64,000 nucleotides of DNA from Phoronis australis. Taxonomy: Eukaryota; Animalia; Phoronida. Made by a program: the position numbers and the translations under genes. The stretch lies in the NCBI GenBank assembly GCA_002633005.1, contig NMRA01000473.1, positions 185,471-249,470 of the forward strand, given 5' to 3'. This document shows, in pieces, positions 13,643-25,235 of the stretch. Position 1 is the first letter of the stretch; every line of letters begins with the position of its first letter. The notes below the pieces were generated by a model that saw only the letters and a program-made list of their open reading frames with translations, ran no database searches and had not been told where the DNA came from.

Positions 13643-15329
13643 TATATTTATTTCATTTCTTCGAATGCCGAGCGCATTTTTCAAAATTATGAATGCTTTG
13701 TACCGTTGTGATTCGTCGACTATTTTGGTTCAGTGCCCGACTCCAGACCCTGCACCGGCTGCAATTGTGATCTCAAACTATTTACTTGCCATCTTAATTC
13801 CATTTTTAACTATTGGGCATTGATAACATGCATTCCTACAAAGTCTTTTAAGACAAAAATAGACTTATGAGCCCTTTCTTACTCCAATCACATTCATTAT
13901 CTGTCAGTGATGCTGAGGCTAGGTGATACTCAATATGTGGCTGACAACCACGTTCCCAGCAATGGTATTGCGCAATACACTCTTTTTGTCCATCAAAACG
14001 CACTCCGAGATACAGTAATGAAGTGAAATTAAACCTAATCCCAAAATAGTGTAAGTCCTAAATAGCTAATATTGCTTTTAGATTTGAGATTCTTTTCTTG
14101 ATAGAAGCGACATCCGACGGAAGCCAACCTAACCCTAACAGAATATTCATCTACGAAAGATTGACTTTTTCATGGATTTTATCAACAAATGAATACCTGT
14201 TAATAGTCTAAAAAGGCGATTATTTTCCGATTTCCAACATTTGGCCTTTTGCAAAATGCACTCCGCGTCGAATGTTCTTTGAAAGTTTCAGAGCACTTCA
14301 GACTGAAGTCTGTTTTCGCGAGCCATTTGTACGGGGGCCCATCAAAAGGCCACAAGATCTAACTTTGTGAAAGAGGGTATTGGAAGCAAACTTAATAGCG
14401 GGCGATGTGGGATAGCTCAAGAACTGTGGGGACTCGTATAAGAGTCGAAAATTATGGTGTCTTGCGGAATGAAATTTGTGTCGACCAGGTAGAGGAGCAA
14501 AAATCGAGCGTCATCTCAAATTAACAGTAACCTGCAGACATCTGATAGTTTAAGGGCCTGGAAAATGTTAATCCGGGTGCTGGTCTTCCTCAATTCGACT
14601 AGTGTCATGACGTGAAGCTCACACAATTGAAAGCAAAGAAACTACACAGTGCTTTCCATTATTGGATATGTTTTATGTTTTGCTAGTAATAAAATTTTAC
14701 CTTCCATCAACACTTGAACAAAGCACTAATTCTAGTACTAGATCTAGAAAAGCAGTGAAGGTGCAGTTGGTGTGTGACTGTGCAGCTGCACCATTGCTGA
14801 CTCTTATAATTCACTTTATGCGTGTACCTGGCCATACCAGGCTGCTGCTGGTTCGACTCTTGGTTAGGGGTTTCATTTGTCTAAACATGTTAAAACTGCT
14901 AACAAAAGACAATTACTGTTCTCTTCTACTGTACGAAATGTTTTCACTAAACAAACACGTCCAAGCAGTGCAACTGAATAATGCCAAGTGAAAAATGTGA
15001 AGACAGTTTTTATTTTTATAACAAAGAATGGGTAATTCCAGCTCAATTTGTTGGTAATATCACCATTTAAAGTGTTATCTCACCAGACAGAATCGCGTTC
15101 GGTTTACCGGATGACTTTACTCTGTGAGCACGGGTGAGCCAAGTTCCAGGTAACAGCTTTACTAAGGACCTCACACGATATCAGTGACGTCAGAATGTAA
15201 ACCCTGGGAAAATGTATCTGCATAACGCCTGATAAAAATCCCCAGGTTTGTAATACATCAGTTGTAGGGAGAGTTTTCACACTTCTCTAAACGCAGTGGT
15301 TCACAGCTTGACTCTTCAGATTAATCACG

Positions 15330-15428
15330 ATGTCGTACGAATTAATGAAGGAAACCGCTATTAAGACAGAGTACGGGCAGCAAGAGATAACGAATGTGTA
15401 CGACCAGTGGGCGGAAAATTACGAGAAG
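15330..15428 (+). CDS. METTL27: METTL27/WBSCR27-like SAM-dependent methyltransferase, coding exon 1
   Basis: Translates as MSYELMKETAIKTEYGQQEITNVYDQWAENYEK. YDxWAxxY is the family's N-terminal motif. Ends at AAG|gtaagg, phase 0. The ttcag at ~15319 suggests an upstream 5'UTR intron. Confidence 0.85.
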
Positions 15429-15660
15429 GTAAGGGTGAACGGTGTCCAAAGAGTGATATCTCTCCCTATTTACGGGACAATGTTTGTTTTTATGCTACTC
15501 TACAGATTGTATGCGGGGGGTCGCGCCTGTGCTTCAGTCGAAAACACTCGTAATGTAGTCAGTTTGCTGACAATCCAAAAGTAGTCATTATGTAGCTTGA
15601 CTGGAACTGAATGTAATAATTTTTACAAAACGTAGTCACTTTCAAATTGAATCGTTTCAG

Positions 15661-15786
15661 TTTTTCGAGCGCGACGGCAAAGTGGATACGGTGTATGTAG
15701 CTGTTACGCTGGCTGAACTGCTTGGCAATGACAAGAAGGCTCGCGTTCTGGACGTAGCTGGTGGCACTGGACTTGTCAGTTATGAG
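15661..15786 (+). CDS. METTL27: METTL27-like methyltransferase, coding exon 2 (SAM-binding motif I)
   Basis: tttcag|FFERDGKVDTVYVAVTLAELLGNDKKARVLDVAGGTGLVSYE|gtact. VLDVAGGTG is motif I. 126 nt, phase 0/0. Confidence 0.88.
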
Positions 15787-17789
15787 GTACTTGTCCAACA
15801 TTATGAGCGTTTGGCACATTTGGTGTTATGCCCAATGCAGCTGTGCTCATCTACTGTACTCGTCCGGGTTCGCCAATGCTTGGCTTACCGCCCAACCCCC
15901 ATTTTTATGATCGAGACCTCCTGAAAAGTGTGTGTGCTTTTGTGAATGTTCGTCTCGCAAAACTAAGATTCCAAAACGTGCGCAACTCGCTTACCTTTCA
16001 ATGACAATCAATAAGTTTTATCAGAACCGGGAACTTGCCTTACTATGGCGGTAAAATACCCGTATTCTCATGCTCTTTACTGAAGGAGACACAATTGTCT
16101 CCTTTGGATTACGCGTGAAACTCGCGTCAGCATGTGCTGATCACTGAGACACAACTTCTCGAATGTATTTCATTGACGTGGAAGAACCAACAAAGCGGTA
16201 GTTGACAAGAATTTCAAGTCCGCGGCCTACCTTTCTAGATTCCCGACAGTACACGAAACATCACCACCCAGAGCAATGAAATAAAACGAGCACACTCGGC
16301 TGGTACATGACCAGCGATTTTGGAAACTCTACCGACATTGTTTTGGACGCATTGTTTTGAACGCAAGCAGATACGGGCCATTGTTCCGTGTCGACTCACT
16401 CCTGGCACCAAAACGGAAGCGCCCAACCAAAAGCAACAGCCCATGAAATAAACTTGTAATTAACCGCAAGTTGAACATTCTATCCACATCTACGTGGTCA
16501 AAACCTTATTTTTTGAACTCTTGATTTGCCTGTTGACTTTTTACATGATGGGTCTTTGCTTTTTTACATGATGTGTTCTTGCTTCAAATTATTTTCGCAG
16601 CCGACTGACCACCCCTATTGCCTAATAGTAGTATCGTCCGATTGTTGAGCACGTGCTTTAAAGTTTTACATTGTTCAAACTAGGTTTAAACTTTTTAGAA
16701 GAAAGACCGGCTGTCAATCATTAGCATGTTTGGTTGCCAAAGTAACTAGCGGCAGCATATCTTTACCAAATGACCTGCTTTCCGTAGCAATACGTGACGA
16801 TCAAGCGTGGTCTTGAGTGATCTTGCTTTTCTCTCAAGAAACTTGCCCTACTGAAGGCACGTCTATCTGTAAGAATACCTTAGTTCCAAGACATGACGAG
16901 CAGCGACCGAGGTACGTAATAAGCCAATCACGCTCGGGGTCATGACGCCATTGTATCGTGTGCGCTATTCCACTTCAGCCCGTCGACGTCCGTTACTTCA
17001 ATCCGCCGACGTGTATTTTAACTGAAATGCTTAAAGTCCGACGTCAGTGTAGCTCCGTGAGGGTAAAACCGGTCCTTTGTGCAGTAAGCACCCACTCCCG
17101 ACTTTTCAAAAATTTCAATTTTAACCGCCCATGCTCGGATTACTGCCCACCCCCTGTTTTTTAGATTCCCAATTTAAGCGGTAACCCGGACGAGAACGGT
17201 ATTCATCGAATAATCTATAATTCTATTATCGTTTCTAGTCAACTTCACACTAGCCTCGTTTTTGTTCTATTACAGGTCCATCTTCCAAATTGCCATGACC
17301 ACTGTCCCTACTGGCCTAGCCAGGGGGAGACGGCAAATGCAAAATTGTTTGCGACCGAGGAGGGATTGAACTGAGTTTCACCCTGGAGCTGGGGGCATTT
17401 TACAATGATAGGCTGCCGTATGCCATCCCAAAAACTAGTCGCTCATCATCATCTAAGGCCAAAAACTCTGTTTGGTTCTGAGCACGCCTGTGGCTTTTTT
17501 CCAAAAAATAATCTTTTTTCAAAGCCTCACGAATGCGTTAATGTTAGTCTTCAATTCCGTGGTCACATTAAATTCCCGAGGCCAATAAATCAATGAGTTT
17601 ACGGTAGAAAAATGGTCACATTTCAGTTGGGAGATTATCGGGTGCGCCAAGCAGGCGTTGGAGTCAAAAGTCAGCAATCGCTTCTATTGAACCAATGAAA
17701 AAATGATTGATCACACAACGCATCGGGAAATGTGTTATCCATAATGTCTTGGTCATGCTGTTCTGGTCGCATGAGGGCTCTGCAAAGGA

Positions 17790-20030
17790 ACGTAATCGGG
17801 GTTGAGTTTTGTAGACGCCAACTATCAGGTGGGGCTCCTGCAGTTATCCGCAAGTAGTCACTGTACGATTTTCACTGGGTTTTGCCAGGTTGTGCACACT
17901 TTACTGGACCTGCTGCCTTTTTCCCAGTGTGTTGAAAACAAAATAAAGTTTGTAAGTTGCTTCACATCAAAACTGCTACAAATGACCACAGAAACTTCAG
18001 GTGTTCCTAACTAATCAGAGCAATGCTACGTATAAACTGCTCAGTAAATTATCAGACAGTAAACTCCGCCACTGATAATAAATGGAATTTCTGTGTCAGA
18101 GATAAAGTCTTTGATGCAGAATAAGTTCGATCCCAAACGTTTTGTTGTTCGTGAACGTTTCAGATTCTAGATGGACAATAAACGCAAACCAGGAGAGTCC
18201 ATACAAGAGCTACCCGGGCACATTCGCCAAGATGCTGGCAAATTCTAGTTCAATGAGACATCCAGTGGAGAAAACAGATCAAGTTTGAGTCTAATACTGG
18301 AATAAAAACTTACAAAAATTAGCGAAGTTGCGTCCACATCTCACGGACTTCAGCTTGGGTTGTGACGTTATCGTTATTCTGGCCAATTGGTGGCGTTTTG
18401 GCCAGACGGCGCCGCATTGACGTCAGAACACCATCCCATAGTGTGACAAATCAAATCTTAAACCGCCTCTTTTATTTAAAGAGGGACTCTCAATGCGCTC
18501 ATGGAGAGCTTCCTTTACACCTCTTCTGAACCAGTCTTCCTCAAAGTCTAGGATAGTGACATCATCAGTACTGAAATCATGTCCAGTGGCGCACAGGTGG
18601 CTAAAAATAGCCGAAACATAAGTGTCCCCGTAACTAGGACGACGATGTTGTGACATACGCATTTTAATGGACTGTTTCGTTTCACCAATGTAACTGCCTG
18701 AGCACTGGGCATCCTTACACTGGACACCATAGACAACACATGATTTATTACCCTTGGGGGTCTTGTCCTTGACATTAACAATTTAGCTGCGGAGAGAATT
18801 AAACGGTTTGTGGATGATAGAAATGTCAAACTGTTTAAATGTCCTCTTGAGGCAGTCAGAAAGACCCTGGACGTAGGGAATCACCACACGAGTAGGATAA
18901 CTCACAGTGGTGGTTGTCTGAGTGTTTATTTTTCTCCTCCATGATCTTAAACAGTTTGACATTTCTATCATCCACACCAAGGGGTTTTAATCAAAAAACG
19001 ATTACCATTTTGACACCAGGGTGATTTCAGGAAATAATGGAAAAGTTTACCTCGATGCTATTTCAGTTAGTGGAAGGAATGCCGCTGAACATCTTAGTAA
19101 TTTGCGCGCCTTACTTCAAAGGCTGCAAGACAAAGGCACGCAATGCACAGAAGAAAAATGTTGATTTGCACAACCGACATTTTAGTACCTTGGACATTTA
19201 TTGAGTAGACAAGGTATTGAAAGGTTCAAAGGTCGACGCTGTTCTTAAGATGCTATCACCTAAAGTCATCGCAGGTCTTCGTTTTTTGGGTTCAGTGAAA
19301 TTTTATGGGAAGTTTGTTCAAAATCTTCTTACTTTGTCTGAACCACTTAATCGATTGAAAAAGAAGAATACGTCATGTAAATAGGAAACTGGAGAACAGC
19401 TTTTAAGCATTTGAAAGATGTTCTTTGCACAGATGCAGTATTAGCACACTTGAATCCGGATTTGGATCTGGGAATTTCATGTGATGCATCCAACGTAGGA
19501 ATAGGTGCAATTTTTTCATCGATACCCGGATGGTAGTGAACGTCCAATTTCAAATGCTTCGAAAACGCTTACTGAAACGCAACGTCGGTACAGTCAGATT
19601 CAACGAGAAGCACTGGCAATCATTTTTGCGCTTAAAAATTTTCATCAATTTCTCCATGGGAGACATTTGGTATTGGTTACGGATCACAAACCCTTAGCAT
19701 TATTCGGTCCCACTAAAGGAGTACGTGCTATGGCAGCCAACAGATTAGCTGGATGGTCATTATTTCTAGGCCAATATGATTACAACATAGAATATCGAAA
19801 AACAGCCGACCATTTGTAATGCAGATGCCCTTAGTCGACTTTCATGTGGAACCGACGTCAATTTTGATGGGGAGGAAGTGCAAGCAGATATAGTGTTGTC
19901 TTTTTAGTGAAGGAAATAAGTCTTCAGTTTGACTCGCAGTTGCTCATTTAAGAATCACAAAGGGATCCCGTTATTGCGATGGTCATTCGTTACATTACAG
20001 AGGGGTTAGCCGAAAGACATATTAGTGTAT
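17790..20030 (+). mobile_element. Decayed Gypsy/Ty3 LTR retrotransposon in intron 2, internally deleted and interrupted by a Penelope fragment
   Basis: gag: QVFLTNQSNATYKLL...FDPKRFVVRERFRF..KRKPGESIQEL (~18000-18240). RT/RNase H: YLDAI..G....EHLSNL...LQRL, YLGH, CDASNVGIGA, ERPISNASKTLTETQRRYSQIQREALAI, LVTDHKPL, NADALSRL (~19000-19850). Confidence 0.85.
18270..18980 (-). mobile_element. Penelope-like (Poseidon-type) 3' fragment with GIY-YIG endonuclease
   Basis: IPYVQGLSD..KR..., VVYGVQC...C...YIGETKQ...RMSQH, SAIFSHL..GH.F, ILDFEEDWFRRGVKEAL.....PSLNKRGG. Followed by a decayed hammerhead-like core. Confidence 0.85.
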
Positions 20031-20342
20031 AATGGCGGTTGATTTGAATGTGACTTTCATTCTTGAAATGCGAGTTCTGGTGTTATGGTGGTTTTGACGA
20101 CTGAAACAATAAGGAATCGGAATTTCAACCATTTTGTTGGTGATTTAAAAATAATATAAGTGATAGCACACTGGTGTTTCACAAAAACGAAAAAATAGCT
20201 GAGAATTTTTGTTTTCACACCGATGATAAATGGGCTATATTTAAGAACTTGAAAAACACGTTTTAATCGTTCAGATTAATGCAATTATTGTTGTTTTTTA
20301 ATTCTGGTCACAGAGTTATGTATTTGACCATGTTTTGTCTAG

Positions 20343-20481
20343 CTACAGAAAAGAGGAATATACAACGTGGACGGTGTAGACGCGAGTCGGGGTATGCTAA
20401 GAATTGCAAAGGAGAACGGCGTGTATAACAACACGTTTTTGCGCCGGATAACTGCCGAACCGACGGAGGGCTTTGTACAAG
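20343..20481 (+). CDS. METTL27: METTL27-like methyltransferase, coding exon 3
   Basis: tgtctag|LQKRGIYNVDGVDASRGMLRIAKENGVYNNTFLRRITAEPTEGFVQ-G|gtaatt. Contains the DGVDxSxxML post-I motif. 139 nt, phase 0/1. Confidence 0.88.
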
Positions 20482-20490
20482 GTAATTGAA

Positions 20491-20706
20491 ATTGACCTAT
20501 ATTCTGAGTAACTGGTTGGTTTGAAATCAAACAAACGAGTCTGGTCACTGTTTCCTGTTTAGTGTAGACGTTTCTACGCACAATTTCAAATGAGGCTGCC
20601 ATTCTGAATCTGCCATTCAGCTATTACGCGGCTTGTTACCATTGAGGTGCGAAGAACATCAGGGTAGAGTTCAATAGCTGTCTCGCGGCGAGAAAATATA
20701 GGCAAT
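20491..20706. mobile_element. Small MITE with ATTGACCTAT-type ends, 9 nt downstream of the exon 3 donor
   Basis: Starts ATTGACCTATATT and ends AATATAGG-CAAT. Same terminus type as the ISL2EU-like elements in this window. Confidence 0.4.
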
Positions 20707-21124
20707 ATCACGTGCTCTCATTTAAAATACACGCAAAGTGTCGCGTAATCTCGCGAAGTCTTGCTTTTCAGCGAGGTCCTAGCGTTTCTGAACTCTGGAA
20801 TAGTCTAAATCATGTAGTGCAAAAACATAGGCTCTTGCAAACTTAACAGAAAAGTGGCCATCTGTGTGCAACGACGCGACATAGGCTATGTACCAATCGT
20901 GTGCGCAGTGGTGGTCCCCCGGTTGTCTGCGGCTAATTGGAATTTTAGCGTTAAAAACACACCAACGCCAAGATAGAGTGAAATGGCACGTGTTTTCCCA
21001 GTTCAAGACAAAAGCGTATAGAGTGGCTTCTCCCGTCTCCACCTTTACACCGTTCGTTAAGCCTGGAGAAAAAAGTAATACATAGGAGAGAATTTTTCTG
21101 ACCTAACGCTCCAGGTTTTTATAG

Positions 21125-21217
21125 GTTCCTATGATGCAGTCATCGCAACAGGGTGTTTTGCCAAGAAGCACTTGCCAGTTGCATGTTTAGTGGAACTTCT
21201 TAGGATTGTAAAAAGGG
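21125..21217 (+). CDS. METTL27: METTL27-like methyltransferase, coding exon 4
   Basis: ttttatag|(G)SYDAVIATGCFAKKHLPVACLVELLRIVKR-G|gtaagt. Contains motif II (YDAV) and motif III (ELLRIVKxG). 93 nt, phase 1/1. Confidence 0.88.
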
Positions 21218-21868
21218 GTAAGTAGCCAGTTCGTTTGTTATTGATTTACACGGCCGTTGACAGGCTGTTGTTTGCAGTGCGTTTTGCTCCAGCTTCCATC
21301 ACCAGATTTCACTTATCCATTGTCAAGCCGAGAAAACGTATGGATAACCTGCGACACCAAACTATTAAAAAGACATGAAAACCAAAGTCTCGTGTATTCA
21401 TCGTGTGGTTATCTAGTCTGAAACTGCTGATGAAGATTAAATATTTCGTATCGTATATGTCGAATACATTTCTCCGTTTTCTTCTTCTTTATAGGCGTTT
21501 CCTTTGAGACAAATGTTATACAAAGCGGTTATAAAGTCACCTAAAGTCTCAATTAAATTGTATGTAGGACCCCAGAAAAATATCCAAATTTTCATGTACT
21601 ATGCTTTGTGCACTCTGTTTTCTTAACTGTTTTCACAAATTGTTTTTTAAATGTTTCACTCTTTGAATGAGGGGGTATAAAAATAGGACTGATATTGAAG
21701 AGATTCATGAAAACATTCAAAAATTGCATGGTAAAACGAAAACGAAATGATATTTTAGGAACCTGTAACAGTGTTTTTGAATTTCACCTTGAGCATTTAT
21801 ACCAAACGAAATTTAGCCATGTTCTTGATACTTCTCAATGTATCTTTTTTCTATTTACTAAAACGACA

Positions 21869-22437
21869 TGGTGACGTGATCCAATAAATTACAGACTGGT
21901 ATAAAGTTAGCATTCAAATGCTACAGGCTTTCTGCAGTTTGGTGACGTGATCCAATAAATTACAGATTGGTATAAAGTTAGCATTCAAATGCTACAGGCT
22001 TTCTGCAGTTTGGTGACGTGATCCAATAAATTACAGATTGGTATAAAGTTAGCATTCAAATGCTGCAGGCTTTCTGCAGTTTGGTGACGTGATCCAATAA
22101 ATTACAGATTGGTATAAAGTTAGCATTCAAATGCTACAGGCTTTCTGCAGTTTGGTGACGTGATCCAATAAATTACAGATTGGTATAAAGTTAGCATTCA
22201 AATGCTGCAGGCTCTCTGCAGTTTGGTGACGTGATCCAATAAAATACAGATTGGTATAAAGTTAGCATTCAAATGCTGCAGGCTTTCTGCAGTTTGGTGA
22301 CGTGATCCAATAAATTACAGATTGGTATAAAGTTAGCATTCAAATGCTGCAGGCTTTCTGCAGTTTGGTGACGTGATCCAATAAATTACAGATTGGTATA
22401 AAGTTAGCATTCAAATGCTACAGGCTTTCTGCAGTTT
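21869..22437. repeat. 71-bp tandem array, 8 nearly identical copies
   Basis: GTGACGTGATCCAATAAATTACAGATTGG... starts at 21871, 21942, 22013, 22084, 22155, 22226, 22297 and 22368. No spacers. Confidence 0.97.
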
Positions 22438-22463
22438 TGTAGATATTTGGCTAATTGCACAGA

Positions 22464-22697
22464 CTTGTCGATCACGTGATACACGTCATTACACCTCTTG
22501 TCGATCACGCGATACATGTCATTACACCTCTTGTCGATCACGTGATACATGTCATTACACCTCTTGTCGATCACGTGATACATGCCATTACACCTCTTGA
22601 CGATCACGTGATACATGTCATTACATCTCTTGTCTATCACGTGATACATGTCGATACACCTCTTGTCGATCACGTGATACATGTCATTACACCTCTT
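22464..22697. repeat. 33-bp tandem array, 7 copies
   Basis: Unit CTTGTCGATCACGTGATACATGTCATTACACCT. Lies ~27 bp after the 71-bp array. Confidence 0.97.
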
Positions 22698-22888
22698 AGT
22701 CAAAGTTATTTCTGGGCTTCGAAATAACAGACAGGGCGTTATGTGTTGAGACCAAGGTCATCAAATATCAAGGCACACATTGACTTGGAATGATGTGACA
22801 TTGGCTTCAAGAAATAACGGAACTGAAAATCTAATGCCTTCAAAAAATATCCGCTTATGTTAATCTGTTCACTGTCATTTGATCGGGT

Positions 22889-24136
22889 TATTACTCTGCG
22901 CGTGTAAGCGCAGAGTACTGTTGTTCCTGGGTTTTCTTCAATTTTATTCTTCTTATTGTTATTCTTCTTCCGACCACCTTTGAGGCTTAATAACTCCAAA
23001 TTGGGTGCAGGTACGGTCTTTAAATTCAGCATATGACTTTTGACAGTATATAAATTTTGATTGGTTATATAATCATATTCCATATTGCACCGGAAGAGGT
23101 CGCTTGGTGCAAAGGTCATATAATTTTCAAAACGCTACTCCTCCTTCAATTTTAAAGCTATCTTTTTCAAATTCGGTGCACAGGTATGAGTCAACATGTC
23201 AATTTAAAAAATTACTTTTCTAAGTAATCGGGTCATCCAATCAGGTGGAATAGGTCAAAGGTCATTAGGTGCAAACTAAAATTTTGAGCTAGACACTTCA
23301 AATTGGCAGGTCTGGCTGCCACAGGTAAATAAATTCGGAATCCAAAGTTTCAGGTCATTTAGTGCAAACATGGGGTCATTAGGTGCATTTTTCTTCTGAA
23401 AATTTGACCTTTTCAATCAGCAAGTATTCTGATGTGTCAACCGTTAGACAACTGCGATTCTCAGCGTTAAACACATTTTCCATGGGCTTTGCAATAATTC
23501 TCCTAAAGGTACTTAAAATGCACCGGATAAGGTCAATTAGTGCAAAGGTCATGTAACGTTCAAAATGTTATATGCCTTACGTTTTTGAAGGAATTCTTTT
23601 CAATTTCAGCACAATGGTGTAAGTCAGCATGCCAATTGAATACCCTACTTTACTTTGCAATAGGCTTAACCAATCAGAAAAAATTGGTCAAAGGTCATTG
23701 AGTGCACACTAAAATTTTGAGCTAGAGACTTCAGAATTACGTATCTGTTTACTAAGTGCGATTGAGTTTGAATTCTAAATTTTCAGGTCATTTGGTGCAC
23801 CCATGGGGTCATTAGGTGCATTTTTCTTCTGAAAGTTTGACCACTTCATTCATCTTGTATTCTGAAGTGCTTAAAGTAAAACATCTGTGATTGTTAGCAT
23901 TGACCACACTTTTAATTGAGTTAACAATTACTCCCTCATCGGGGCTCATAATGCACCGGAAGAGGTCAATTAGTGGAAAGGTCATCAAAAATTAATATGT
24001 AATTTCTCCTACAATTTTGAAGAATTCCTTTTCATATTGGTAAAGGGGTTGCTGTCAGTAACTTCCCATAATAATTCCAGTAATACGCACGCGCAGAGTC
24101 CGTTATTGTCACGCCGTGACAATAATCTTTCTAGTT
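22889..24136 (+). mobile_element. Helentron-associated non-autonomous element (HINE / DINE-1-like)
   Basis: 5' subTIR ACTCTGCGCGTG (22893-22904) with an adjacent inverted copy. (TTC/TTA)-rich tract. ~433-bp central repeats (TGCACCGGA..AGGTC at ~23085, ~23519, ~23952). 3' subTIR CACGCGCAGAGT (24088-24099). Perfect hairpin TTATTGTCACG-C-CGTGACAATAA (24103-24125), then CTAGTT. T-rich flanks. Confidence 0.85.
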
Positions 24137-24495
24137 GGGTTTTGAATTTAGTGTCATCCGAATTTTGGGCCACTCCTCCTGGAATATTTAGATTATAACT
24201 CCGCCGTTTTGCATAAGATTCATATCGTCAGAAAGCCCTTCATCAGTTCTTGATGGTGTGTGATTATAACTCCAGCAAACCATAAATAATTGAATTCATA
24301 AATAATTGTCATTTCGCATACCTGGCATATTATTTGTGAAAGCCAAGAGTGATACCAAAAATGCGAAAAATAGAAGAGTGTAATAGTAACATGAAAAAGA
24401 AAGGAACAAGAGAGGCTTTGTAAATGACTTATTAAACCGGCAGGGAAATAATTTCAACGGTTCAAAGACAAATATTTTAGAACATTTGTAAACAA

Positions 24496-24843
24496 GTTCT
24501 TTCTTATAATACCATTCACGATGTCGTGCTCCAGCGAGTTCGCAAGAAATTCGCAGTCAAAGCACAAAAAGTTCCCAAAACGCCCACACATACCTCGTAC
24601 TTTGACGGTTCGAGGTCAAGACGGTACGGAAATTGCCGGTTTGCCGCATGAAGTCACGATGTCTATAACTCTTCACTTAGCTGTCCGTCCGTAACTCATC
24701 GCTAATTTCCGTAGCGTCCTTGACCTCAAACCGTCAAACTTGCAAGGTATGTTTGGGCTTTTTGGGAACGTTTTTGTGCTTTCACTGCGAATTTGCGAAC
24801 TCGCTGGAGCAAGACACCATGAATGGTACTATTTGAAAGAACA
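24496..24843. mobile_element. Fold-back MITE with ~140-bp inverted arms
   Basis: The left arm (TACCATTCA..GCTCCAGCGAGTTCGCAA..GCACAAAAA.GTTCCCAAAA..TTTGACGGTT.GAGGTCAAG..TACGGAAATT) is mirrored at ~24703-24843. Confidence 0.85.
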
Positions 24844-25235
24844 ATTGCTCATGGTTTGTTGAACTCCTGTTTTGTGTAAATTTATTGAGTTATGTGTTTG
24901 ATGTGGACGGCTGAATCGAAGCACCCGTGGAATTTATGCTCGGAAAATGTCCCGAAAATAATAGGTGCGTCGCAAGCTCCGTTTCCAGAGCTACAAAGGA
25001 GACCGTGTATAGACGATATAAGGTCATTTATTATGACTGATTAGGTACAGAAATATGAGTGTACAAATAACATAAAGATAAAATAATAATCTCTGGAAAG
25101 ATGGGCAATAAAAAGCGCAGAGGAGAGGGTGGTAGAGGGTGGGAAAAAATGAAGAGAGATTAGACTCGAACCTAAGTGCTGCTAAAGCGAAGTACTGATG
25201 GCAGGAAATATAACGTTACTGAGAACAAAGGAGCC

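Noticed and set aside
21427-21470. CTGATGAAG...TCGAATA hammerhead-like motif (a similar minus-strand motif lies at ~24222-24245)
   Set aside because: There is no paired stem II and no intact GAAA.
21869-22697. CRISPR-like appearance of the regular 71-bp and 33-bp arrays
   Set aside because: The units are head-to-tail with no unique spacers, there are no cas genes, and the context is a eukaryotic intron.
22404-22727. Repetitive ORFs (DKRCNDMYHVI / VDHVIHVITPL)
   Set aside because: They are a by-product of a 33-bp unit that is a multiple of 3. No splice or start context supports them.
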